Source: an uncultured Acidobacteriota bacterium
GTDB taxonomy: Bacteria; Acidobacteriota; Thermoanaerobaculia; Multivoradales; SZUA-115
Direction of reading: 5' to 3'
Assembly (NCBI GenBank): GCA_963805975.1
Contig: CAWDVR010000002.1
Coordinates: 672,001 to 736,000, forward strand
Length of the DNA: 64,000 nucleotides
The notes under the pieces are model-generated. The model had not been told where the DNA came from. It worked only from the letters and a program-made list of their open reading frames with translations, and made no database searches. Within the stretch, counting starts at the first letter, position 1. Every line of letters begins with the position of its first letter. This document shows positions 45,603-54,380 of this stretch, piece by piece. Position numbers and translations under genes: made by a program.

Positions 45603-47068
45603 GGCTCGCCTTCGACCTCGAGCCGCGCCGTAGCGTCCAGGTTCGCGGTGAGCACCACGGCCTGGCCGCCGTAGGTGCGCCGCAGGGCGGCGGTGCGCGA
45701 TCCCTGGCCGGTCGCGTTCTGGTCGCAGGCCGTGACCTCGAGCTGCGAGCCGTCGAAAGCCACCGCTCCGATCGCGCGCACGATGCACGGCGTCGAGAGC
45801 CGCACCCGCGCCTCGGTGGTGCCGCGCAGCACGACCCGCGGGTCGCCGTGCAGCTCGCTCAGGTCGAGATCCAGCCGGCCGTCCGTGACCTCCACCCGGC
45901 CCAGCTCGGTGATGCCCGCGGCCGTCACCTCCGAGCGCTGCGCGGTGACCTCCAGCCGTCCGGTCTGATCCACCTGGAGGCGCCCGTCGGCCATCTCCAC
46001 CGTGAGGTTGCCGGCGATCTCCTTGGCCCCCGCCGAGGCACCGCCGCGCAGTTGGAGCGCCAACGCGCCCCGAAAGCCGGAGACCGTCACCTGCGCGTCC
46101 GCCTGCGCCTCGACCTTGGCCTCTCCCTCGTAGCCGGTCATCGCCACCGAGCCTCCTTCCAGGCGCACCGTGGCGGAGCCACGCACCTCCTCGAGAAAAA
46201 CCTGCGTGGCCAGGCCGCTGAGGTCGATCCTGCCGTCCATCGTCTCCGAGCCGCGGATCTCGACCCCGGCGGTCTCGGCACGGATCGACATGGGACCCTG
46301 CCAGCCGGCGATGCGGGCGCTGGCCTCGCGCACCTGCGCGGTCAGGGACCCGGTACCGTCCTGCACATCGAGTGAGCCGCCGACGAGGACCGCCTGCACG
46401 TCGCCGCCAACGCCCGCGAGCGTCATCTCGGCGCCCTGGCCGCTCGCCTCGATCGATCCCAGGTGACCCCGGAGCTCGAGACCGCCGCCCTCGACCTCGA
46501 GGCTCAGGCGCCCCTGCATGGCGTCGAGCCGAGTCCAGCCGTCCTTGACCTTGGCCTCCAGGCCCTCGAAGCCGGCGACGCTCACCTGCGAGCCCTCGAC
46601 CGCGAGCGCCAGCCCCAGGACGCCGGTGTCGGCCGCCGCCTGCTTGGCCGAAGCCGCGCTCGCCGGCGCCGGAACGCCGCCGCCGTCGGCGTTCACGGTC
46701 AGCGCCTGGCCTTCGATGCGTACTAACTGGCCCGGCCGTGCCACCACCTCGACACGCAGCCGGCGAGGTTTGGGAGCGCCGGGCTCGGCGGTGGCCGCAG
46801 GCCGGCCGATCCGGGTCTCGCCGGCTTCGAGCAGCAGCTCGATCTCCTCGCCGTGCGCGCCCTCCGGTTGCCAGCGCGCGACCAGCGACGGCGGGGCTTG
46901 GGGGTCGACCCGCACCCAGACGTCCGCGCCCCAGAGCCGCAGGGTCACCGGGCCGCCCTCGAGGTTCATGGCCAAGGGCAGCGGCACGGCGGCGGCCGGC
47001 GTAGAAAGGAGAACGCAGACGAGAGCCAGCGTGGTGGCGAGCGGATGAGGAAAACGGCGCGGGAGCAT
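45599..47068 (-). CDS. Secreted beta-repeat (DUF4097/adhesin-like) protein
   Basis: Signal peptide; repeated G.L.V...GG beta-strand motifs. Confidence 0.6.
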   Translation of the reverse strand: MLPRRFPHPLATTLALVCVLLSTPAAAVPLPLAMNLEGGPVTLRLWGADVWVRVDPQAPPSLVARWQPEGAHGEEIELLLEAGETRIGRPAATAEPGAPKPRRLRVEVVARPGQLVRIEGQALTVNADGGGVPAPASAASAKQAAADTGVLGLALAVEGSQVSVAGFEGLEAKVKDGWTRLDAMQGRLSLEVEGGGLELRGHLGSIEASGQGAEMTLAGVGGDVQAVLVGGSLDVQDGTGSLTAQVREASARIAGWQGPMSIRAETAGVEIRGSETMDGRIDLSGLATQVFLEEVRGSATVRLEGGSVAMTGYEGEAKVEAQADAQVTVSGFRGALALQLRGGASAGAKEIAGNLTVEMADGRLQVDQTGRLEVTAQRSEVTAAGITELGRVEVTDGRLDLDLSELHGDPRVVLRGTTEARVRLSTPCIVRAIGAVAFDGSQLEVTACDQNATGQGSRTAALRRTYGGQAVVLTANLDATARLEVEGEP

Positions 47069-47121
47069 GGTTGGGCTGCGCCGGCTTCGGCGCAGAAACA
47101 GCGTAGCACGCAGCTCAGCAG

Positions 47122-47242
47122 CCCTCACCCTAACCCTCTCCCGCAAGCGGGAGAGGGGACCAGAGGGTTTCCTACTCGTCCGGACTCTTGGGGTTGGGTG
47201 GCGGCGCCCTCTCCCGCCTGCGGGAGAGGGTCGGGGTGAGGG
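47122..47242. repeat. Inverted pair of CCCTCACCC..CCCTCTCCC-N-GGGAGAGGG REP units
   Basis: Units at 47122-47159 and 47207-47242. Confidence 0.85.
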
Positions 47243-47297
47243 CCGGCTGCTTGGCGCAGTTGACACCAGCCCGCGGTGCCTCGATCATCGGCCCTGC

Positions 47298-48065
47298 ATG
47301 GAACTTCGCGGCAAGGTCGCCCTGGTCACCGGCGCGGCGCATCGCCTGGGCAAGGCCATCGCCCTGGCGCTCGCCGGCCGCGGCGCTTCGATTGTCGTCC
47401 ATTACGGCAGCTCGGGAGACGAGGCGGCGGCGACCGCGGACGAGATCCGCCGGCTCGGCGTCGACGCCTGGCCTCTCGCCGCCGACCTCGCCGATCCCTT
47501 GCAGATCGAGAGCCTGCTCACCGCCGCCCACGAGCGCGCCGGCCGGCTCGACGTGGTGGTCGCGAGCGCCGCGAGCTTCGAGCGCAAGCCCTTCGAGCAG
47601 ATCACTGCCGAGGACTGGGACCGCGTGCAGGCCGTGAACCTGCGCGCTCCCTTTCTGCTGCTGCGCGGGGCGGCGGCGCTCTTGCGGGCCTCGCGCCGCG
47701 AGGGAGACGCCCCAGCCGCGGTGGTGAACGTGCTGGACCTCGCCTCGCGGCTGCCCTGGCGCGGCTACGCCCACCATGGCGCGGCCAAGGCCGGTCTGGC
47801 CCACCTGACTCGCATCGCCGCCCGTGAGCTGGCGCCGGCGATCCGGGTCAACGCCGTGGCGCCCGGCGCCATCCTGCCGCCGCCAGGCATGAAGGAGAGC
47901 GACGAGGCCTGGCGCGCCACGGCCGAGCGCCTGCCCCTCCACCGCACCGGCGATCCGCGCGAGATCGGCAACGCCGTCGTCTTCCTGGCGGAGACGGACT
48001 TCGTGACCGGCGAGGTGCTGGTGATCGACGGCGGCGAGTCGCTGATCGGTTCCGCCCATCGATGA
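47298..48065 (+). CDS. folM: Pteridine reductase-like SDR (FolM/PTR1)
   Basis: TGAAHRLG, RVNAVAPG; upstream of folB-folK. Confidence 0.75.
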   Translation: MELRGKVALVTGAAHRLGKAIALALAGRGASIVVHYGSSGDEAAATADEIRRLGVDAWPLAADLADPLQIESLLTAAHERAGRLDVVVASAASFERKPFEQITAEDWDRVQAVNLRAPFLLLRGAAALLRASRREGDAPAAVVNVLDLASRLPWRGYAHHGAAKAGLAHLTRIAARELAPAIRVNAVAPGAILPPPGMKESDEAWRATAERLPLHRTGDPREIGNAVVFLAETDFVTGEVLVIDGGESLIGSAHR

Positions 48066-48084
48066 ATCACCCACCGGAGGAGCC

Positions 48085-48456
48085 ATGCCCCAGCGCGACA
48101 AGATCCTGATCCGCGAGCTCAAGGCCCGCGGCATCATCGGGCTCAACGATTGGGAACGCCACGAGAAGCAGGAGATCGTCATCCATTTGACGCTCTACGG
48201 CGACTGGCGGCGCTCCGGCCGTTCCGACGACATGGCGGACTCGATCAACTACCGCACCGTGGCCAAGGCGGTGCTCGCCTACGTCGAGGCCTCGAGCCAC
48301 TTTCTGGTGGAGGCCCTGGCGCACCAGATCGCCCGGATCGCCATCGTGGACCACGGCGCCGAGCGGGCCGTGGTCCGGGTCGAGAAGCCGGGCGCGCTGC
48401 GCTTCGCCACTTCGGTCGGGGTCGAGATCGACCGTGAGCGCGCCGACTTCTCCTGA
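48085..48456 (+). CDS. folB: Dihydroneopterin aldolase / epimerase
   Basis: IIG..DWER..KQ, SINY, LVEALA, KPGALRF. Confidence 0.85.
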   Translation: MPQRDKILIRELKARGIIGLNDWERHEKQEIVIHLTLYGDWRRSGRSDDMADSINYRTVAKAVLAYVEASSHFLVEALAHQIARIAIVDHGAERAVVRVEKPGALRFATSVGVEIDRERADFS

Positions 48457-48997
48457 GGCCGCCGGGCCGATCCTGGTCGTCCTCGGCTCGAACATCGAGC
48501 CGGAGAGAAACCTCCCGGCTGCCGTGCGCCTGTTGCGGCAGCGCCTCTCGGTGCCGGCGGCCTCGCCGGTCTATCGCTCGGCGCCCGTCGGGAGCCCCGG
48601 CTCGCCAACCTTCTGGAACGCCGCCGTGGCGCTCGTCACCCATCTTCCGCCGCAGGCGCTCAAGCTCGAGGTGCTGCGGCCGATCGAGGCCGCGCTCGGC
48701 CGCGTGCGGGGCGCCGACCGCAACGCACCGCGCACCATCGACCTCGACCTCGCCCTCTATGGTCCGCTGGTCGTCGACGATCCCGACCACGGCCTCACCC
48801 TGCCCGACCCCGCCATCCTCGAGCACGCGCACGCGGCCGTGCCGCTGGCCGACCTCGCTCCCGACCTCGAGCATCCCGTGACCGGCGAGCGGCTGGCCTC
48901 GATCGCCGCCCGCCTGGCACCCGGGGCCGGGCTCGAGCGCCTGCCGGGGATCGATCTCCTGGCGGGCGGCGGCAAAGAGACCGGCGGCAAGGGGTAA
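48434..48997 (+). CDS. folK: HPPK
   Basis: LGSNI, S.VY.S.P, PRTIDLDL. Confidence 0.9.
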   Translation: MSAPTSPEAAGPILVVLGSNIEPERNLPAAVRLLRQRLSVPAASPVYRSAPVGSPGSPTFWNAAVALVTHLPPQALKLEVLRPIEAALGRVRGADRNAPRTIDLDLALYGPLVVDDPDHGLTLPDPAILEHAHAAVPLADLAPDLEHPVTGERLASIAARLAPGAGLERLPGIDLLAGGGKETGGKG

Positions 48998-49036
48998 CTG
49001 CTTCTTGGACGCGAACCGAGACCCGAGGAGGAAACC

Positions 49037-49657
49037 ATGATCGTCGAAGCCAAGCCCGACCATCCGCAGACCGATGAGGCGATCCGCGCCGCCACCGGCA
49101 AGACCTGGGACGAGTGGTATGCCGCTCTCGACGCCTTCGGCGGCCTCGAGAAAGGCAGGCGTGCCATCGGCGACCACTTGGTGGGTGAGCTGAAGCTGGA
49201 CCCCTACTGGTCCTCCACCCTGGTGGTCGAGTACGAGAAGGCGCGCGGCGTGACCGAGAAGGACGGCCGCCCCAAGGGCTACATGATCTGCGTCTCGAAG
49301 ACCATTGCGGCCTCGGCCGACGACGCCTTCGCCGCTTTCGCCGACGCCAATGCCCTCTCGGGCTGGTTCGGCAAGGGCGCCAAGGCCGACTTCCAGGAAG
49401 GCGGCCGCTACGAGAACGCCGACGGCGACCGCGGCACGTTCAAGAAGATCCGCCCCGGCAAGGCGCTGGTCCTCACCTGGGAGAACCCGCGCGAGGAGCC
49501 GGGCGGCACGGTCGAGGTGAAGTTCCAGCCCAACGGCAAGAAGATGGCGGTAATGGTGGCCCACGACCGTATCCAGGGCCGGGCCCACGCCGACGGCCTG
49601 CGCCGCGGCTGGGGCCAGGCGCTGGACGCGCTCAAGGCGAAGCTGGAGGGGAAATGA
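49037..49657 (+). CDS. SRPBCC/AHSA1-like protein with DUF4287-like N-terminus
   Basis: ATGKTWDEW; C-terminal W..ALD.LK helix. Confidence 0.7.
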   Translation: MIVEAKPDHPQTDEAIRAATGKTWDEWYAALDAFGGLEKGRRAIGDHLVGELKLDPYWSSTLVVEYEKARGVTEKDGRPKGYMICVSKTIAASADDAFAAFADANALSGWFGKGAKADFQEGGRYENADGDRGTFKKIRPGKALVLTWENPREEPGGTVEVKFQPNGKKMAVMVAHDRIQGRAHADGLRRGWGQALDALKAKLEGK

Positions 49658-51137
49658 GCTTCGCGACCACGCTGTGGCGGCGGCCGTAGGCAAAGTAGAC
49701 GAGGAGACCGAGGCCCAGCCAGGCGAAGAGCCGCCACCAGGTCTCGGCGGGCAGCGAGAACATCAGCAGCACGCAGCTCGCCGCACCGAGGATCGGCACC
49801 ACGGGCACGAAAGGCACGCGAAAAGGCCGCTCCGCCTCGGGATGGGTGTAGCGCAGCACCAGCACCGCCACGCACACGATGGCGAAGGCGAGGAGCGTGC
49901 CCATGTTGACCAGAGTGAGGAGCACGGTGATGGGCAGCAGGCCGGCCAGGGCGGCGACGAAGACGCCGGTCGCGATCGTCGCCTTCCACGGGGTCCGGAA
50001 CCGCTCGTGCAGGGCGCCGAAGAAGCCCGCCGGCAGCAGGCCGTCGCGGGCGATGGCAAGCAGCACCCGCGCCTGGCTCAGCATGGTGACCAGGATCACC
50101 GAGGTGATGCCGGCCACCCCGGCGAGCGCCACCAGGAGCTGGGCCCAGGGCAGGCCCACCCGCCGGAAGGCGTCGGCCACCGGAGCCTGCATGTCGAGCT
50201 CGCCATAGGGCACCATGCCGGTGAGCACCGCGACCACCCCGATGTAGAGCAGCGTACAGATCACCAGCGAGGCGATGATGCCGATCGGCACGTCGCGGCG
50301 GGGCTTCCTCGCCTCCTCGGCGTGGGTCGAGACCGAGTCGAAACCGATGAAGGCGAAGAACGCCAGCGCCGCGCCGGCGAGCATGCCGAGCGGCTGGCCG
50401 CCGGCATCCGAGGTGCCGAGCACGGTGGTGCCGAAGAAAGAGAGACCGGCGTAGCCGTAGGGTGCGAAGGGCCGCCAGTTGGCCGGGTCGACGAACGCCG
50501 CGCCCACCGCGATCACGAACAGCACGGCCGCCAACTTGACGCCGACCAGCACGGTGTTGAGGCGCGCGCTCTCGCGGATGCCGATCACCAGCACGACGGT
50601 GACGATGGCGACGATCAGCACCGCCGGCAGGTTCAGGTAGGCGCCGGTCGTGACCACGCGGCCGAGCGCCGGGTCGTAGGTGACGACCGGCCCGGCCCAC
50701 TCTGCGGGCAGGGCCAGGCCGAGGCTCCCCGCCGCGCTCTGGAAGTAGCCGGACCACCCCGTGGCCACGGTGGCGGCGCTCACCGCGTACTCGAGCACCA
50801 GGTCCCAGCCGATGATCCAGGCGAAGAACTCGCCGAGGGTGGCGAAGGCGAAGGTGTAGGCCGAGCCGGCGACCGGCACCATGGAGGCCAGCTCGGCATA
50901 GCACAGCGCCGCCAGGACGCACACCAGGCCGGCCACGGCGTAGGAGAGCATCAGCGCCGGGCCGGTGACATTGCGCGCCACGGCGCCGGTCGAGACGAAG
51001 ATGCCGGCGCCGATCACCGCGCCGATTCCGAGGCTGGTGAGCTGCACTGGCCCCAGCACGCGGCGCAGCCGGCTTTCGCCTTCGGCCTCGGCCAGCAGCA
51101 GGCCGAGCGGCTTCTTGAGGAAGAGGGAGTGTGCCAT
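49632..51137 (-). CDS. APC-family amino acid permease
   Basis: GAVIGAGIF, CYAELAS, GSAY, FFAFIGFD. Confidence 0.93.
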   Translation of the reverse strand: MAHSLFLKKPLGLLLAEAEGESRLRRVLGPVQLTSLGIGAVIGAGIFVSTGAVARNVTGPALMLSYAVAGLVCVLAALCYAELASMVPVAGSAYTFAFATLGEFFAWIIGWDLVLEYAVSAATVATGWSGYFQSAAGSLGLALPAEWAGPVVTYDPALGRVVTTGAYLNLPAVLIVAIVTVVLVIGIRESARLNTVLVGVKLAAVLFVIAVGAAFVDPANWRPFAPYGYAGLSFFGTTVLGTSDAGGQPLGMLAGAALAFFAFIGFDSVSTHAEEARKPRRDVPIGIIASLVICTLLYIGVVAVLTGMVPYGELDMQAPVADAFRRVGLPWAQLLVALAGVAGITSVILVTMLSQARVLLAIARDGLLPAGFFGALHERFRTPWKATIATGVFVAALAGLLPITVLLTLVNMGTLLAFAIVCVAVLVLRYTHPEAERPFRVPFVPVVPILGAASCVLLMFSLPAETWWRLFAWLGLGLLVYFAYGRRHSVVAKLISPPASP

Positions 51138-51305
51138 GCCGACTCTCCGGCGCTCCCACCGCCGCCCGGGCCGGAAGTGGCCGTGCGGGGCGAGGCTACA
51201 GGCGGCACGCTAGCCAGCACCGGGGGCCGCGGGCTATGGGTGGAACCTTGGTGGGCTTCGGGCCACCGGAGGGAGGGAGACGGAGGTGAGCCCAGGCGTC
51301 ACCCG

Positions 51306-51752
51306 TTACTCCGGGATCTCGGGTTCGACGAGCTTCGCAAGCTGTGCGAGCGACTCTTGCCAGCCGAGGTAGCACATCTCGATCGGAATGGCCTCAGGCA
51401 GCCCTTCTTGCACTATGTTGAGCTCAGTTCCGCACGACACTGGCTTCAAGGTCACCGTCGTTTGCATTTCCCCGGGGAGGTTCGGGTCGTCGAACCTGTC
51501 CGAATAGCAAATCTTTTCGAATGGCACCAGCTCACGGTACTCGCCGCCAAAGGAGTGACCGTGGCCGGTCGTGAAGTTCGTGAACGACATCCTGTAGGTG
51601 CCGCCAACTTTGGCATCCAGGTGGTGAACCTTGCAGGTGAAACCGTAGGGCGGAAGCCACTTGGCCTTTGCGTCGGCGTCCAGGAACGCGCGATAGACGC
51701 GCTCGGGATTCGTCCGGAGCACACGATGAAGTCGGATGGTGCCTGTGGGCAT
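51306..51752 (-). CDS. SRPBCC (AHSA1-like) protein
   Basis: PERVYRAF, W.PP.GF, GWQESL..L. Confidence 0.88.
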   Translation of the reverse strand: MPTGTIRLHRVLRTNPERVYRAFLDADAKAKWLPPYGFTCKVHHLDAKVGGTYRMSFTNFTTGHGHSFGGEYRELVPFEKICYSDRFDDPNLPGEMQTTVTLKPVSCGTELNIVQEGLPEAIPIEMCYLGWQESLAQLAKLVEPEIPE

Positions 51753-51754
51753 GG

Positions 51755-52231
51755 TCAGTTCGCCTTTCGATTCGTCGTTGGGTGGGAGTTGGGTTTACGG
51801 CCTGGTACGGGAGCGCTGACGGATGCGACCTGCCGCAGCAGGCGCCGGGTCACGAGGCTGTGGCCGCCGCTGCCGATGACCGCGGCGCGGTAGAGACTGC
51901 CGAGGACGCCGGGGAACGCCGCGTGGGTCTGCGCGCGCAGGCAGTCGCCGTCGAGGATGAACGTCAGGGCGTAGTTGGAGAAACGGTGGCGCCCTCGCAG
52001 GGCAAGCCGCCGGCAGGGCTCGGCCTCGGCCACCCGGAAACCCGGTACCGCTTCCCCGGGTCGGCCGGCGAACTCGGCCGTGCCCTGCGCGGGGTCGCAG
52101 CGCAGGATTCGCGCGATCGGCGCACCGCCACCCAACTCGCGACGCAGGATCTTCAACAGCGCCGTCCAGACTACGTCGACGGGAGCGTCGACCCGCTGAC
52201 GATGCTCGTCGATGAAGGGAAGCTGCTCCAT
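51755..52231 (-). CDS. Hypothetical SRPBCC/DUF2867-like protein
   Basis: LPFIDEH, GRHRFS.Y.L.F, YRAAVIGSGGH. Confidence 0.7.
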   Translation of the reverse strand: MEQLPFIDEHRQRVDAPVDVVWTALLKILRRELGGGAPIARILRCDPAQGTAEFAGRPGEAVPGFRVAEAEPCRRLALRGRHRFSNYALTFILDGDCLRAQTHAAFPGVLGSLYRAAVIGSGGHSLVTRRLLRQVASVSAPVPGRKPNSHPTTNRKAN

Positions 52232-52438
52232 CGCAGGATCATCACATGACTACGTGCATCGCGGGACGGAGTCGAGAGGTCGCAGGCCGTTCTTCACAGG
52301 CCCTGGGCGAACTGGCTGAAGTGCGCCTAACAAAACCGGCGGCGCAAGTAGGCGAGAAAGCAGGATGGTTGCGAGCCATGGGATCGAGTCGAAGGAGCGC
52401 CTAGGGCGCCACCGGTTTCTCCGAAGGCGGTGAACGCT

Positions 52439-52879
52439 TCAGAAGAGTTCCTCGGCCAGCGCGACGATGATGCCCGCAGGGCCTCGCATGTAGCAGAGTC
52501 TGTACTTGTCCTCGTACTGGACCACCTCGCCGACGAGTTCGGCGCCGTTGGCGCGCAGGCGAGCGACAGTGTCGTCGACGCTTTCGACTGTAAACATGAC
52601 GCTCCGGAGGCCCAGCGTGTTCGGCGGTGCGATCGCCGGTTCGATCTCGACCAGTTTTGGATTGCGAAACTTCGTCAGCTCAAGCCGCCCGTGCCCATCT
52701 GGGGTCCGCATCATAACGATGTCGACCTGGACACTTTCGAGCGCGTTGATGCGGTCCACCCACGGGCCCTCGACCCGCGCCTCGCCTTCGAGCGTCATGC
52801 CGAGCGCGGTGAAAAAAGCGATGGCGGCTGCAAGGTCGTCGACGACGACGCTGACGTGGTCCAATCTCTTGATCGTCAT
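52439..52879 (-). CDS. VOC / glyoxalase family protein
   Basis: DHVSVVVDDL, RLELTKF, CYMRGPAGIIVALAE. Confidence 0.9.
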   Translation of the reverse strand: MTIKRLDHVSVVVDDLAAAIAFFTALGMTLEGEARVEGPWVDRINALESVQVDIVMMRTPDGHGRLELTKFRNPKLVEIEPAIAPPNTLGLRSVMFTVESVDDTVARLRANGAELVGEVVQYEDKYRLCYMRGPAGIIVALAEELF

Positions 52880-52944
52880 GTCCCTAGTATAGCAGAGGCC
52901 GTGCGCGGCGGTCCAGGCCGACCGTTCTCGCGAGCTGGACATGG

Positions 52945-53208
52945 TTAGCCGAGGAAGCGCAGGGAGATGAGGGCGCAGCCGAGCTGCAAGAAGGCCAGAT
53001 GGATGTCAGCCCGGTGCTCGTAGCGGATCTTCAGGCACCGGAAGCGGTGAGCCAGGAGAGCGTCCGTTCGACCACCCACCGGTAGCGTCCCAGGCGGTTC
53101 TTGGGCTCGACACCACAGCGGGCGATGCGGGGGATGATGCGGCGCTTGCGGAGGCCAGACGGAGGTGACGGTAGTCGTAACCCTTGTCGGCAAAAGTTCC
53201 TTCGCCAT
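52945..53208 (-). pseudogene. IS5-family transposase, internally deleted and frameshifted
   Basis: MAKELLP joined to ADKGYD; RWVVERTLSWL; R.LKIRYE..ADI..AFL.LGC across different frames. Confidence 0.85.
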
Positions 53209-53274
53209 GGCACCCTCCTCCATGGCTCCTATTCTGCTTCCGTGGCTGCTTACGCGACGGTTTTGTTAGGCGTA

Positions 53275-54357
53275 CTAAGGCGCAACACGCCCAACCAGCA
53301 GCTCCTCCGCCAGGCGGTAGGCGTGGTCGGCGGTCACCAGGGCCTTGGGGTCGCGCAGGCGGCCGCGGAGGGCGTGGACGTGGCGCGCCGCGAGGTTCGT
53401 GGCCTCGGCGCGGTCGGCGCCCTCGGGCGCCAGGCGCCGGCCGACCTCGAGCACCGGCACACCGCGGCCTCCGGCCAGCCGGTCCTCGACGAGCGCGAGC
53501 CAGGTGCGCGCCTCGTGACTCCCCGCCTTCAAGGTCAGGCGCTTCCCGTCAGCGGCGGTCTCAGCGCCCTGGAGCAGCCTGCCTCCCAGCTCCAACGCCG
53601 GCTCGCCGCACCAGGCCACCAGATCGAGCGCGCTCTCGATCTCGCGGCGGTCGGCCTCGGCGCGCCCCACGGCGGCCGGTGGACGGTCCGGCCCCGCGCC
53701 GGCCACGGCGAGGCGCAGCGGGAAGCGGCGCGCGAGGTGGGCTGCGAGGCAAGGCGCGAGGAGCCTCGCGAGCTGGTTCTTGTCCAGCACGTCCCGGGGA
53801 TGAAAACCGGCCTCGAGAAGCTCGTGGCCGAAGGTCGCCTCGTAGCCGCGCTTGTTGGAGAGAAAGCAGCAGGCCGGCGGGTCCTCGGCCAGCATGCCGC
53901 GCACCGTGGCCGCAAGGTAGATCGACTCCCACCAGCGCTCCCGCGGCACGAACTCGAGGGTCGAGAGCTGAATGTCCGAGAGCAGTAGCCCGCCGGGCCG
54001 CAGCAGGCCGGCCACCAGGCGCGGGAACTGCTGCGCACCGGCGAACGCCTCCGCGGGCACGGCGAGCCAGCGATCCTCGAGGGAGCGGTCGCCCTCGACC
54101 GGCGAGCCCCCAATCGGCGAGCTCATATGCGAGGCGACCTGAAGGCTGGGGTGCTCTCCCAGCCAGCGAGCGGCCGCGGCGGCGGTGTCCGGTCCTGGCC
54201 GGTCGAGGCAGACGACGGTCAAGTGGGCCAGGAGCGCCGGTGCCTGGCCGGCGAGCACGGAGAGCGCTTCCGAGACGTGGAAGAGGTGGTCCTCCACCAG
54301 CACCAGTGGCCGCCGCGTGAACCCACCGGCCGTCACCCACGAAACCGTACCGATCAT
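53275..54357 (-). CDS. Atypical OmpR-like response regulator (receiver with large insertion + winged helix)
   Basis: LVLVED ... LLLSDIQL ... CFLS ... EAG...DVLDK; C-terminal HVHALRGRL....LVT...AYRL. Confidence 0.65.
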   Translation of the reverse strand: MIGTVSWVTAGGFTRRPLVLVEDHLFHVSEALSVLAGQAPALLAHLTVVCLDRPGPDTAAAAARWLGEHPSLQVASHMSSPIGGSPVEGDRSLEDRWLAVPAEAFAGAQQFPRLVAGLLRPGGLLLSDIQLSTLEFVPRERWWESIYLAATVRGMLAEDPPACCFLSNKRGYEATFGHELLEAGFHPRDVLDKNQLARLLAPCLAAHLARRFPLRLAVAGAGPDRPPAAVGRAEADRREIESALDLVAWCGEPALELGGRLLQGAETAADGKRLTLKAGSHEARTWLALVEDRLAGGRGVPVLEVGRRLAPEGADRAEATNLAARHVHALRGRLRDPKALVTADHAYRLAEELLVGRVAP

Positions 54358-54363
54358 GGGCTG

Positions 54364-54371
54364 ACTATACT
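54364..54371. promoter_or_regulatory. Overlapping divergent -10 boxes (TATACT on +, TATAGT on -)
   Basis: 23-nt intergenic gap; boxes lie 9 and 6 nt from the two ATGs; no SD. Confidence 0.6.
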
Positions 54372-54380
54372 GGCCGCACG

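Larger units (their letters stand above)
52321..53275 (-). mobile_element. Non-autonomous IS5-family derivative carrying a VOC passenger gene
   Basis: 18-bp terminal IRs GTGCGCCTAACAAAACCG (52321-52338) / CGGTTTTGTTAGGCGTAC (53258-53275), 17/18 match; transposase remnant inside. Confidence 0.75.

Noticed and set aside
52321-53275. GCCTAAC ... GTTAGGC resembling integron attC core sites
   Set aside because: They are ~950 bp apart, form 18-bp IRs around an IS5 relic, and no integrase or cassette array is present.
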